A stretch of DNA of 64,000 nucleotides. Origin: Rhodothermales bacterium. Its GTDB lineage: Bacteria > Bacteroidota > Rhodothermia > Rhodothermales > JABDKH01. Each line of letters starts with the position of its first letter. Position 1 is the first letter of the stretch. A program made the position numbers and the translations under genes. Where the stretch lies: NCBI GenBank assembly GCA_013002165.1, contig JABDKO010000243.1, forward strand, positions 6,760 through 70,759, read 5' to 3'. The notes beneath the pieces were generated by a model. The model was not told where the DNA came from and did not search any database. It worked only from the letters and a program-made list of their open reading frames with translations. Shown here one piece after another: positions 40,985 through 50,402 of this stretch.

Positions 40985-43756
40985 ATGTACACAGCAGGTA
41001 AGGCGATCACTCGGCCAGTTGCACTGGCCCTTGTTCTTATGATGATTCAGGGTTGTACAACCGTAAACGTGACGCCCGATGGGAATGCAACAGCTGCAAA
41101 ATCAGGCAGTCAGGCTTCGGCAGAGAGCCAGGCTGCCAAGTCAGACAAGCCGAAATCCCCATTCAAACCGTGGGATGAAGTTCTAAAAGACACGCGTAAA
41201 GTCGAGGGTTATTTCTCGACTCACGTAAAGCGTGACAACACGGTTTTTATCGAAATCAAGCCGGGCCAGTTGGCACATGATTTTGGAATGGTAATGCACT
41301 ATTCCAAAGGCGTCGGGGTTTTCAATGTGCATGATGGATTGCCACTATCCGGCATGATGTTAATGCAATTCAAGAGGGAAGGGGATACGGTCTATCTGGT
41401 TCATCAGAACCCGCGATTCATCGCGGATACAGGTTCTCCCATGAAGGTATCACTGGACGACAATGTGGGTCATTCGATTGTTGACTCGTTTACCATTGCA
41501 ACAGAGGATACCACTTCAAAGTCGATCGTCATCGACGCAACATCGTTGTTTGTTTCTGACTATCCGGGAGTTGCATCGAGACTACGGCCATACTACGGTA
41601 ATCGGCCCGTCCAGTTTGACAAGAGCCGCAGCTTCGTTGATGATGTGATGGGCTTTCCAGAGAATGTTGAGGTCGATGTACAACTTACTTTCAAGTCCGA
41701 CACGGCGCCGACGACGGGTCGCGCAGGTGTATCAGATGTTCGAAGCATTCCAGTGGGGGTACGTTACTCCATTGTGAAGCTTCCCGAGGTGCCGATGATG
41801 CCGCGACTAGCAGACGATCGAGTGGGCACATTTCTGGATGCTGTTCGTGACTTCTCGCGCGACCAGGAAGAGACACCATACCTGAGATACGTCAAAAGAT
41901 GGCGACTGGAGAAAAAGGATCCAGGTGCTGCAATGTCTGAGCCGGTTAAGCCAATAACATACTACGTAGACCACAGCGTCCCAGAGGCGTACCGAAAGTA
42001 TGTCAAAGAGGGAATCGAGGCATGGGGAAAAGCATTTGAGGCCGCCGGTTTCAAGAATGCCATCGTAGCTGCTGATGCACCGGACGACTCTACATGGAGC
42101 GCCGAGGACGTGAGGTACAGCACTGTTAGATGGACTGCCGCCTATCAGATGGGGTACGCTATAGGTCCGTCGCAGTCAGATCCGCGGACAGGAGAGATTC
42201 TCAACGCTGACGTACTTATTTCTTCAACATTCGTGTCTGGATGGAACAATGAGTATTCGAGAATGGTCGGGGAAAATAGCCTGATTGAGCAATTCGACAA
42301 ATCGAATGATCTCTCGAATCTCCTGGATTCCGAGACGGCCATGAATATGTGCATGGCAGAAATAGGTAAGTCGCACGAGTTAGGCCTGCAGTACGCTGCG
42401 ATGCTTGCTCTCGGCACGATTGATAAGCAAGGAAAGATGCCCGAAGAATACCTCGGTGATGCTATTCGGGATTTGATCATGCATGAAGTCGGGCACACCC
42501 TTGGGATGCGGCACAATTTCAAAGGATCGTCGGCGATACCGTTCGCAAAGCTGAACGACACATCGTTCACAAGTGCAAATGGCCTCTCACTTTCCGTGAT
42601 GGACTATGCGCCAACCAACATCTCGTCAGATGTTAAGAAGCAGGGCCATTATGTCAACATGAATGTGGGTCCGTACGACATCTGGGCGATCCGATATGCT
42701 TACGAACCGATGTACGTCACCGGTAGCGAGACGAACGGTGACTCTGGTTTGATGTCACGGCTGGCAAAAACTCCGGACGAGGAATTAGCCGGCCTGAGGG
42801 CTATCGCGAGTCAGGCCGCAGATCCGCTGCATGTCTACAACACGGACGAGGACACGCACCGTGGACCTATGGCGGTTGATCCGCTGTCAAATACGTGGGA
42901 CCTGAGCGGAAGCCCAATTGCGTATGCCCGAGACCGAGTGGCACTTGTCGAACGAATTCAACCTGAACTCGAGGCACGACTTATTGAAGATGGCCAAGGC
43001 TACCAGCAACTGAGAGGTGCCGTCAACAGATTGTTATTCGAGCGATACAGGGCTTTGATACCTGTGACAAAGACTATAGGTGGAATTGACTTTGTTCGTC
43101 ACCACAAGAACGATCCGTCGGGTGATCTTCCGTTTACACCAGTATCATCAGACAGGCAACGGGAAGCATTACAGCTGATCATTGACGAGTCGCTGGTTGA
43201 AGGTTCATTTCCAGTATCAGGTGATATGCTTAACAAGATGGCGCCCAATCGATATTCCGACTGGGCGAATTCAACTAACTATTCGGGTTCGATTGATTTC
43301 CCGATCCACGGTGTAGTGCTATCCATGCAGGCTGGTTTGCTAACGCAGATTATCGACAATGGCAAGCTGGCGCGAATTATTGATAACGAAGTACGGATGC
43401 CGGGTGGTGGTGATGCATTCACTATAGAGGAGTTGTTCAGTGCATTGTCCGGAGCGATATTCAGTGAGATTGACGGTCGGGCACGCAACGCAGACACGTT
43501 CCGGCGAAATCTTCAGAGATATTACCTGACGTTGCTCGGCAATGTCGTGATGGATGTTCGACCGCGCCCAACAACACCGCCTGCGCCAGAAGATGCTCGA
43601 TCTCTTGCTCGTTTGGAGTTAATAGAAATAGATAGCAAAATGGACAACGCACTTGCAGGTGAAGGGATTAGCAGGACTATGCGGGCGCACTTACTGGAAT
43701 CTCGCGCCCGAATTGAATCCATGCTGGATCAGGGCATGACGCGGATCGTAAAGTGA
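40985..43756 (+). CDS. Large zinc-dependent metalloprotease lipoprotein (met-zincin, DUF5117/DUF4953-like)
   Basis: Lipobox LVLMMIQGCTT and the zinc motif HEVGHTLGMRHNF. Start moved to ATG 40985, preceded by GAGAGG. The track start 40832 adds a non-signal extension. Confidence 0.8.
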   Translation: MYTAGKAITRPVALALVLMMIQGCTTVNVTPDGNATAAKSGSQASAESQAAKSDKPKSPFKPWDEVLKDTRKVEGYFSTHVKRDNTVFIEIKPGQLAHDFGMVMHYSKGVGVFNVHDGLPLSGMMLMQFKREGDTVYLVHQNPRFIADTGSPMKVSLDDNVGHSIVDSFTIATEDTTSKSIVIDATSLFVSDYPGVASRLRPYYGNRPVQFDKSRSFVDDVMGFPENVEVDVQLTFKSDTAPTTGRAGVSDVRSIPVGVRYSIVKLPEVPMMPRLADDRVGTFLDAVRDFSRDQEETPYLRYVKRWRLEKKDPGAAMSEPVKPITYYVDHSVPEAYRKYVKEGIEAWGKAFEAAGFKNAIVAADAPDDSTWSAEDVRYSTVRWTAAYQMGYAIGPSQSDPRTGEILNADVLISSTFVSGWNNEYSRMVGENSLIEQFDKSNDLSNLLDSETAMNMCMAEIGKSHELGLQYAAMLALGTIDKQGKMPEEYLGDAIRDLIMHEVGHTLGMRHNFKGSSAIPFAKLNDTSFTSANGLSLSVMDYAPTNISSDVKKQGHYVNMNVGPYDIWAIRYAYEPMYVTGSETNGDSGLMSRLAKTPDEELAGLRAIASQAADPLHVYNTDEDTHRGPMAVDPLSNTWDLSGSPIAYARDRVALVERIQPELEARLIEDGQGYQQLRGAVNRLLFERYRALIPVTKTIGGIDFVRHHKNDPSGDLPFTPVSSDRQREALQLIIDESLVEGSFPVSGDMLNKMAPNRYSDWANSTNYSGSIDFPIHGVVLSMQAGLLTQIIDNGKLARIIDNEVRMPGGGDAFTIEELFSALSGAIFSEIDGRARNADTFRRNLQRYYLTLLGNVVMDVRPRPTTPPAPEDARSLARLELIEIDSKMDNALAGEGISRTMRAHLLESRARIESMLDQGMTRIVK

Positions 43757-43851
43757 GGTGGTCGTCAACTGACGCGTAGATCAGGGTGAAAAGAACGCCT
43801 GCCCATACCAGTGCGCCTAGACACTACTGAGTTTTGCCCTAAGACTGTTTT

Positions 43852-44529
43852 TTAGTCGATTTGCAGCTGTTCATGTAAAAAATGAACTGATCTATCCCAC
43901 GCAAGACTTGCTGCTGGTTGGTCAAAGTATTCAGGCTGATCCTCTTCAAAAAACCAGTGTCGGGTATGAGGGTAATCATGCATGGTTGCGGAGATGCGGT
44001 ACTGACGTAACGAGTTGACGATACGTTTGCGGGATACTGCAGAGACATAGTCATCGTCATCGGCGAAGTGGCATAGAAAGGCAGAATTGCTCCTGGAATA
44101 ATCGCCGTTACGAGATGAGTAGAATGTAACCGTGGCCGATATGGGCAGGTGTGGTCTTTGTGCCAGCCAGAACGCCCAGTGACCGCCCATCGAGAATCCC
44201 ATGACACCGATATCTTTTCCGAGCACTGCGTCGTGACTGATTAGATGTTCTATGTTGCGCTGCAGGTATTTATACGCCGGTTCCTTGCGCTTTGCCATAG
44301 CGTCTTTTCTAAGTGCTCTGGCTGTTGAGATTGTCGATGCTGTGCGACCGTTGTACAGGTCTGGCGCAAGGGCGACGAATCCAACGTCAGAAAGCCGCTG
44401 GCAGACGCTTCGAAAAAAGGGATTCAAACCCCACCAGGAATGCAGGACAAGGACCCCGGGACCTGATCCCGAAGCTGGAAACGTGATGCAGCTGTTCGAG
44501 TCAAGGGCTTTCTCATGGGCCATTTTCAA
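43852..44529 (-). CDS. Dienelactone hydrolase-family alpha/beta hydrolase
   Basis: Nucleophile elbow GFSMGGHWA, the VLHSWWG motif near the N-terminus and a size of 225 aa. Confidence 0.75.
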   Translation of the reverse strand: MKMAHEKALDSNSCITFPASGSGPGVLVLHSWWGLNPFFRSVCQRLSDVGFVALAPDLYNGRTASTISTARALRKDAMAKRKEPAYKYLQRNIEHLISHDAVLGKDIGVMGFSMGGHWAFWLAQRPHLPISATVTFYSSRNGDYSRSNSAFLCHFADDDDYVSAVSRKRIVNSLRQYRISATMHDYPHTRHWFFEEDQPEYFDQPAASLAWDRSVHFLHEQLQID

Positions 44530-44805
44530 TACCAGTATGTGAGCACCGGTACAGGATAAGAAACCAGAACCGATCGATATGATGAACCAACGATAATCAT
44601 ACGCAACCTTTGATAACTATTCTTATCGAAGGTAGGATTTCCAGGATGTCGGCGTAATAGAGAGCACAATGAGCCATCTCGGTGCAGTATTACGGTTTGT
44701 TATTGTGAAGGAGGTCCTGCATCGGTCCTGCGCCACAACACCTCGTCAGATCTGCCGGACTTGTTTGATCTTTTGTCATAGAACCCAAACCTACACATCG
44801 AAAAC

Positions 44806-45252
44806 ATGAAATCACTGAAGTATTTGTTTCTGCTTTCTTCGGCGATCCTCCTAACGAGCGGATGCGATTCGGCAGATGACAGTTCACCAAATACATTCTT
44901 TGTTTCCTATCAGAAACAGGTCTTGATTAATGAGATTGCCAATTCCCTTTCTTGCGGTGGCGCGACGGAATACAGTCTCGGCCATCCGACATACATTGCT
45001 GAATTCGAGGCTGTTGACAACGCGTCCAGCTATACTGGCAGAGTGTTACGAAAAGATGGTACCTATGCTGCTGATATGGTCATCACGACGTCAGATATTG
45101 GAAACGGCAATCTCAGATACACGCAAGGCGTCGGGTCAATATCTGTATTTTTGACCTGCAGCCAATCAGACGCCATGAACGAGCAGCAGGATCGGCTCGA
45201 CTTTATGGATGACGTTGGCCATCAGGGAATCGAGATTACCGCCGTTTTGTAA
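44806..45252 (+). CDS. Hypothetical lipoprotein
   Basis: Signal peptide plus lipobox LLTSGCDS. No recognisable family. Confidence 0.5.
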   Translation: MKSLKYLFLLSSAILLTSGCDSADDSSPNTFFVSYQKQVLINEIANSLSCGGATEYSLGHPTYIAEFEAVDNASSYTGRVLRKDGTYAADMVITTSDIGNGNLRYTQGVGSISVFLTCSQSDAMNEQQDRLDFMDDVGHQGIEITAVL

Positions 45253-45306
45253 TACCCGATATCTCGCAATCATACATTCAAAAAAGAATCAACACGTGAA
45301 GTAGTT

Positions 45307-47241
45307 ATGAAGCAGCCTGTTCGCTCTGTAGTTCAACTGGTCATTTTCTGTATGATTCTGTTGTCAAGTTTTGTAGGCAATGTGTATGCCCAATTCCTAG
45401 AAGAGGCGCGAGTGGACGATGCGTGGTCGGAATTCGGCGTCTCTGGTGAGGGCGTGATCATTGCCGTTTTCGATCGCGGGATTACGTACGACCACGATGA
45501 TTTCAGAAACGACGACGGCTCGACCCGGATCATGTATATCCTCGATCTATCAGATGATTCGGGTGCTAATGATCCGGACAATCCCCTGTCGTTTGGAACA
45601 GTCTATACCGAGGATGAAATCAACGCGGCACTTACGAGTGGGCCTCCACTGGCGACACGCGATGCTATTGGACATGGCACACTCACGGCCGGAATCGCCG
45701 GAGGTAATGGTCGGGCATCAGCTGGCGAATATGTCGGAGTCGCGCCGAACGCATCATTTATAATAGTCAAGTTTACGTCGGAGGGCGCACCGGCTCACGA
45801 CGGTCAAGCGAGCGAAGCTCCGTTCTATTTTCAGGATCGTCTAGGTGCGTCACTTGACTTTGTAATCGACAAGGCAGCGGATGCAGGAATGCCATTCGTC
45901 GCAACTGCAAACTTCGGTTCCATACAAGGCCCGAGCGACGGCTCGAGCGGAGATGCCCGCGAAATCGAAAATCGATTTGGCTCGACACTGCCAGGACGAG
46001 TGTTTGTCTCGGGTTCCAGTGATGATGGCGGAATAGAGAACCATGCAAGTGGAACGATTCAGCAAGGTCAGACGATAGATATCGATTTCCACAAAGGACA
46101 TGCTGGAAATCTGAGGATTGATCTCTGGTATGACGAAGGCGACCGGTTTGACGTTGAGATCGTCACTCCTTCCGCGACTTTCGGTCCATGGGCTGCTCCG
46201 ACTGGTCCGGCATCGAGTGATGTCCAATCAGGAACCGGATTTGTCATGTATCATCAGGGTCGCGATGTCGATTTCTTCGGTTCCAACAGCAACAATCGAG
46301 AGATACTGGTCGACTTCTCCGGAGCGGTCGGCGATTATACGATTCGTCTAACAGGCGCGACTGTATCAAGTGGTACGTTTCATGCACTGATGAATCCCTC
46401 AAACATCTTTTCACGTCCGGACAATCGTTTCGAGTCATTTGCAGTAGCCGGCAGCACTATCTGGGATTTAGCGAGTGCCCAAAATATCGTTGTGCCGAAC
46501 TCATACATTCACAATTCGTCCTGGGTCGATATTGATGGCGTAACAAGAACCGACATTGGCAATGACGCCGGCCAGGGCGCGCTGTGGCCAGGAAGTGGAG
46601 TCGGGCCGACACTTGACGGAAGAACTGGAATTACTGTCAGTGCTCCCGGAAATACGAACGTGGGACCGGTGGGTCCTGATTCGTACTTCGCGACATTCCC
46701 TCACGCATTAATCGAGGGCGGCGGCGGACAGTATGGACTGCTCGGCTACGTAAGCGGTGCGAATCCTGTCGTTACCGGTGTCATCGCCCTGATGCTTGAG
46801 CTGGACCCAACATTGACGTCTAATGAAGTTGCGGAGATCCTGTCTTCGACCGCCCGTTCGGATGCCTTTACGGGTGCGGTTCCGAACACCGATTGGGGTG
46901 GTGGCAAACTCGACGGCTATGCAGCTGTTGCGGAAGTAATGTCAAATACATCAATTGACGAAATACAGACCGGTAGTCCGATCAGTTGGAACCTGCAAGC
47001 ATACCCGAACCCCGTGCGCGACAGACTGAGTGTTCAGTTTAATCTCGATCGGTCCGAGGGGGTAACGATCACTGTAGTAGATGTGGTCGGAAGGATTGTC
47101 GATGTCGTATCTGAGCGAACATTCAGCTCAGGCTCTAACTCAATAGATGTCGATGTCGCGGCTTTGGCGTCAGGGTTGTACTACGTGCGGGCCTCCACTG
47201 CTACAAGTGTAGCGGCACGACCGATAGTTAAACTCGACTGA
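45307..47241 (+). CDS. Secreted S8-family serine peptidase with a T9SS C-terminal sorting domain
   Basis: Signal peptide. Asp context VIIAVFDRGI, His context GHGTLTAGIAGG and Ser context GYVSGANPVVTGV. The C-terminus is AYPNPVRDRLSVQF...SGLYYVRA. Confidence 0.8.
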   Translation: MKQPVRSVVQLVIFCMILLSSFVGNVYAQFLEEARVDDAWSEFGVSGEGVIIAVFDRGITYDHDDFRNDDGSTRIMYILDLSDDSGANDPDNPLSFGTVYTEDEINAALTSGPPLATRDAIGHGTLTAGIAGGNGRASAGEYVGVAPNASFIIVKFTSEGAPAHDGQASEAPFYFQDRLGASLDFVIDKAADAGMPFVATANFGSIQGPSDGSSGDAREIENRFGSTLPGRVFVSGSSDDGGIENHASGTIQQGQTIDIDFHKGHAGNLRIDLWYDEGDRFDVEIVTPSATFGPWAAPTGPASSDVQSGTGFVMYHQGRDVDFFGSNSNNREILVDFSGAVGDYTIRLTGATVSSGTFHALMNPSNIFSRPDNRFESFAVAGSTIWDLASAQNIVVPNSYIHNSSWVDIDGVTRTDIGNDAGQGALWPGSGVGPTLDGRTGITVSAPGNTNVGPVGPDSYFATFPHALIEGGGGQYGLLGYVSGANPVVTGVIALMLELDPTLTSNEVAEILSSTARSDAFTGAVPNTDWGGGKLDGYAAVAEVMSNTSIDEIQTGSPISWNLQAYPNPVRDRLSVQFNLDRSEGVTITVVDVVGRIVDVVSERTFSSGSNSIDVDVAALASGLYYVRASTATSVAARPIVKLD

Positions 47242-47252
47242 GTCTCGAAGTT

Positions 47253-47492
47253 TTACGAGTCGACCCTTGAGACAGCAGTGACAGAATACCCTTCCTCTTC
47301 GATCGACGCCTGCAATGCGTCGACGTTGAGGTCTGCGACGGAATGCACGCGGGCAGAACCGATCTTCACGTCAGCGGACGAAACGTTGTCGACTGCCACC
47401 AAGGCTTCGCGAACGGCTGCTACACAGTGATTGCAGCTCATTCCTTCAATTTGTAGTTCAACTGTGCTCATTGCCCGGATTGTCATAGTCAT
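47253..47492 (-). CDS. copZ: Heavy-metal-associated copper chaperone
   Basis: GMSCNHCV metal-binding motif and the ferredoxin-like HMA pattern. The start may be ATG 47471 (MSTVELQIEGMSC). Confidence 0.85.
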   Translation of the reverse strand: MTMTIRAMSTVELQIEGMSCNHCVAAVREALVAVDNVSSADVKIGSARVHSVADLNVDALQASIEEEGYSVTAVSRVDS

Positions 47493-47537
47493 TGGGTAAT
47501 CATAGTTACACTCTCAGGCAAGAGTTGATTCCGTGTA

Positions 47538-47575
47538 AATGAAAAAGGCGACGGGATAAAAAACCCCGTCGCCTT
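47538..47575 (-). terminator. Intrinsic terminator on the minus strand between copA and copZ
   Basis: Perfect 11-bp stem AAGGCGACGGG / CCCGTCGCCTT with a 9-nt loop. On the minus strand it is followed by TTTTTCATTT. Confidence 0.7.
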
Positions 47576-47920
47576 TGTCGTTACATCCTGATAGATTTCA
47601 ATCCTACCACTCGCTATAAGCGACGAGGACGATTTCATACTGGCAGGCACCTGAAGATGCTGAGCCTGATCCACCGGAGCCGGAGCCTGCGTCGCCGGAA
47701 GCATCCGTGATCTGTGCAATTGACTTGACCGTTGCATCGTCTCCGGACACTATGAAGAACCTGTGAAGATAACGCTAATGCTCTAATTATCAGCCGGTTA
47801 AGCCGTCCTCCTGCAGGCCTTGACGCCTCAGATTGATTGAGTGATCACTTAAAGGGAGCTGACAAGACGAAAAATGGAACGAAAACGGTCGATCTCCGCT
47901 TGTTCTCGTTAGCAGAAACG

Positions 47921-50344
47921 CTACGCGCTTCTTAATCGAAGGCTATTACCGACGACGGAAACGCTGGACAACGCCATTGCTGCGGATGCAAGGATGGGAC
48001 TGAGAAGCAGCCCGTATGCCGGAAACAGTACGCCGGCTGCAACTGGAATCAGCACAATGTTGTAGATAAAGGCGAAGAACAGGTTCTGTTTGATGGTTGC
48101 CATGGTTGCCGCCGATATATCGAGAAAGTCTGCAGCTGCATTGAGGTCATTCCGCATAAGCGTGACATCACTGGCTTTTACTGCAATATCGGTCCCGTCG
48201 CCAATCGCAATGCCTACGTCGGCAGCGGCGAGCGCCGGCGCGTCGTTGATGCCATCGCCGACCATGGCAACAAGTCCTGACTTCAAACGCAAATCGGCGA
48301 TCGCGTCGGCTTTCCCCTGTGGAGTAACACCCGCAAATACCTCATCGATACCAACTTTCCGGGCAATGTTTCTTCCCGCTTCTTCATTGTCGCCAGTTAC
48401 CATAATAACCCGACGATCCCGGGTTCGAAGCCGACTGATCGCTTCAATAGACGTCGATCGGGCGACATCGTGAAGGGCAAGAACTCCTACAGGTTTGCCG
48501 CCACTGCTAACGTATACAAGGGTCTCTCCTGCCGCTTCGCCTTGTATAGTCGGCCACGCATCCGAATTAATGATTCCGTTTGAGGCAAAAGTCTTTCGGC
48601 CAACACGAACGATATTACTGTCAACGGTTGCTGTGACTCCAAACCCCGCGGATGCTTTGAAATCTTGAGCCTTGAGTCTTGCGAGACCTGCGGCTTCTGC
48701 ATAGTCGACGATTGCCCTGGCGATCGGGTGTTCTGAATACATCTCTACAGATGCAGCCAGTCGGACAAGAACTTCTGCTGACTGGCCATCGGCCGTAGTC
48801 ACGCTGGTTACCGTCGGTTTACCTACAGTGATGGTGCCGGTCTTATCCAGTACGATTGTATCGATGCTTGCTCCGGTTTCCAGGGCACTGCCTTCGGCTA
48901 TCAGAACACCTTTCCTCGCCGCTCTACCAGTCCCTACCATGATAGCAGTTGGTGTAGCCAGTCCAAGTGCGCAGGGACAGGAAATGATCAGGACGGTTAC
49001 AAACCGGACCATCGCGTTCGTCAATACCGGGTCGGGTCCAATCATGTACCAGACGACAGCTGCGATTGACGCAATGACAATAACGATTGGAACAAAGATA
49101 CCCGCAACTCGATCAGCGATACGTTGTATCGGCGCTTTGCTCGACTGGGCCCGCTGAACAGTCTCAACGATTTTCTGGAGAGTAGAATCCGCCTGCGCAC
49201 GTACAACGTTGACTACAATCGCTCCAGACGTATTGATTGTCCCCCCAAAGACTTCGTCACCGACATTTTTATCGATTGGAATAGGTTCACCCGTAAGCAT
49301 GCTTTCGTCAATCGAACTTGTACCACTGACGATCCGTGCGTCCAATGGAATAGCTTCTCCGGGCCGAATTAGCAGATTAGAATTAACGTCAACGTGGTCC
49401 ACAGGGACCTCGTGTTCGGTCCCATCTTCCATGACAACCGTGGCTGTCTCGGGCTGAAGACTGATCAGGGCCTGGATTGCCTGACCGGTTTTTCCCTTGG
49501 CCCTTGCTTCCAGATACCGTCCAACAAGTATCAGTGTGACAATCACCGCGGCCGCTTCAAAGTAGATGTCCGGCATTGCTGCCGACGTCGAAACAACCGA
49601 CGGAGCCACGGTGGCAATTGCACTGAACACGTATGCAGATCCTGCTCCAAGCGCGACAAGTGTATTCATGTCCGTTGCACGATGCTTCGCAGCCGTCCAT
49701 GCACCTGTAAAAAAGTCGGATCCTGCCCAGAAGACTACCGGTGCCGACAATACCAGCAACAGCCAACGAGACCCGGGAAAATCCAGGAGTCCGTGACTCA
49801 TTGAAATTATCACAACCGGAATGCTCAGAATAACTGCCAGAATCAGTTTTCTTTTGAGCCTGTTGATGGGTTCCACAGATAGAACGCCATGCTCTGCATG
49901 CCTTGCGGACATCGACTGTTCGATTCCGGCAATTGACTCGACTGCACGGCGGACGACGTCACTTGCAACGATCTCAACATCGATACCTTCTGAACCACTC
50001 GTTACTGATATGACGCCAGGCAAAGATTCGATTTCTGACAACAAAGATTTCGAACCGTTGCTTAGATCTCCGAGTTGCAGTGTTTCTTTACGTACGTCGT
50101 AACCGGCTGCACGAATGGCATCGACGACCGACTTTGTGGGTATCGCCGCAGCATCAAATTCGACGTGAGCGGCTTCGGTTGCATAATTGACTACCGAATC
50201 CTGAACTCCAGGTTCTTTCGCGAGCTTTCTTTCGATTCTGGTGGCACACGCGGCACAGGTCATGCCTTCGATCGGAAGATCCATCTCCACGGGATCGGAA
50301 GAGCCACGCGGTCGTGCGACGATATCTTTTGCCTCAGTGGCCAT
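47921..50344 (-). CDS. copA: Copper-translocating P1B-type ATPase
   Basis: N-terminal HMA ([12 protein letters not shown]), the CPC motif ([11 protein letters not shown]), DKTGTIT and GDGINDAP. Confidence 0.95.
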   Translation of the reverse strand: MATEAKDIVARPRGSSDPVEMDLPIEGMTCAACATRIERKLAKEPGVQDSVVNYATEAAHVEFDAAAIPTKSVVDAIRAAGYDVRKETLQLGDLSNGSKSLLSEIESLPGVISVTSGSEGIDVEIVASDVVRRAVESIAGIEQSMSARHAEHGVLSVEPINRLKRKLILAVILSIPVVIISMSHGLLDFPGSRWLLLVLSAPVVFWAGSDFFTGAWTAAKHRATDMNTLVALGAGSAYVFSAIATVAPSVVSTSAAMPDIYFEAAAVIVTLILVGRYLEARAKGKTGQAIQALISLQPETATVVMEDGTEHEVPVDHVDVNSNLLIRPGEAIPLDARIVSGTSSIDESMLTGEPIPIDKNVGDEVFGGTINTSGAIVVNVVRAQADSTLQKIVETVQRAQSSKAPIQRIADRVAGIFVPIVIVIASIAAVVWYMIGPDPVLTNAMVRFVTVLIISCPCALGLATPTAIMVGTGRAARKGVLIAEGSALETGASIDTIVLDKTGTITVGKPTVTSVTTADGQSAEVLVRLAASVEMYSEHPIARAIVDYAEAAGLARLKAQDFKASAGFGVTATVDSNIVRVGRKTFASNGIINSDAWPTIQGEAAGETLVYVSSGGKPVGVLALHDVARSTSIEAISRLRTRDRRVIMVTGDNEEAGRNIARKVGIDEVFAGVTPQGKADAIADLRLKSGLVAMVGDGINDAPALAAADVGIAIGDGTDIAVKASDVTLMRNDLNAAADFLDISAATMATIKQNLFFAFIYNIVLIPVAAGVLFPAYGLLLSPILASAAMALSSVSVVGNSLRLRSA

Positions 50345-50402
50345 CTACCCTAAAACGCCCGGCGAACAGGAAGTTTCGGTGCCCTATTTCGGAAGCGAGG
50401 CG

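Noticed and set aside
44669-44809. 46-codon Cys-rich ORF (MSHLGAVLRFVIVKEVLHRSCATTPRQICRTCLIFCHRTQTYTSKT) ending in an ATGA overlap with the lipoprotein gene.
   Set aside because: The only support is the ATGA junction. The composition is odd and no family or terminator logic backs it. It could be revisited with Ribo-seq.
47489-47737. 82-aa minus-strand ORF upstream of copZ.
   Set aside because: It reads straight through the 11-bp terminator hairpin at 47545-47575 and has a non-protein-like composition. A different frame (47604-47750) fits the terminator better and is reported as a finding.
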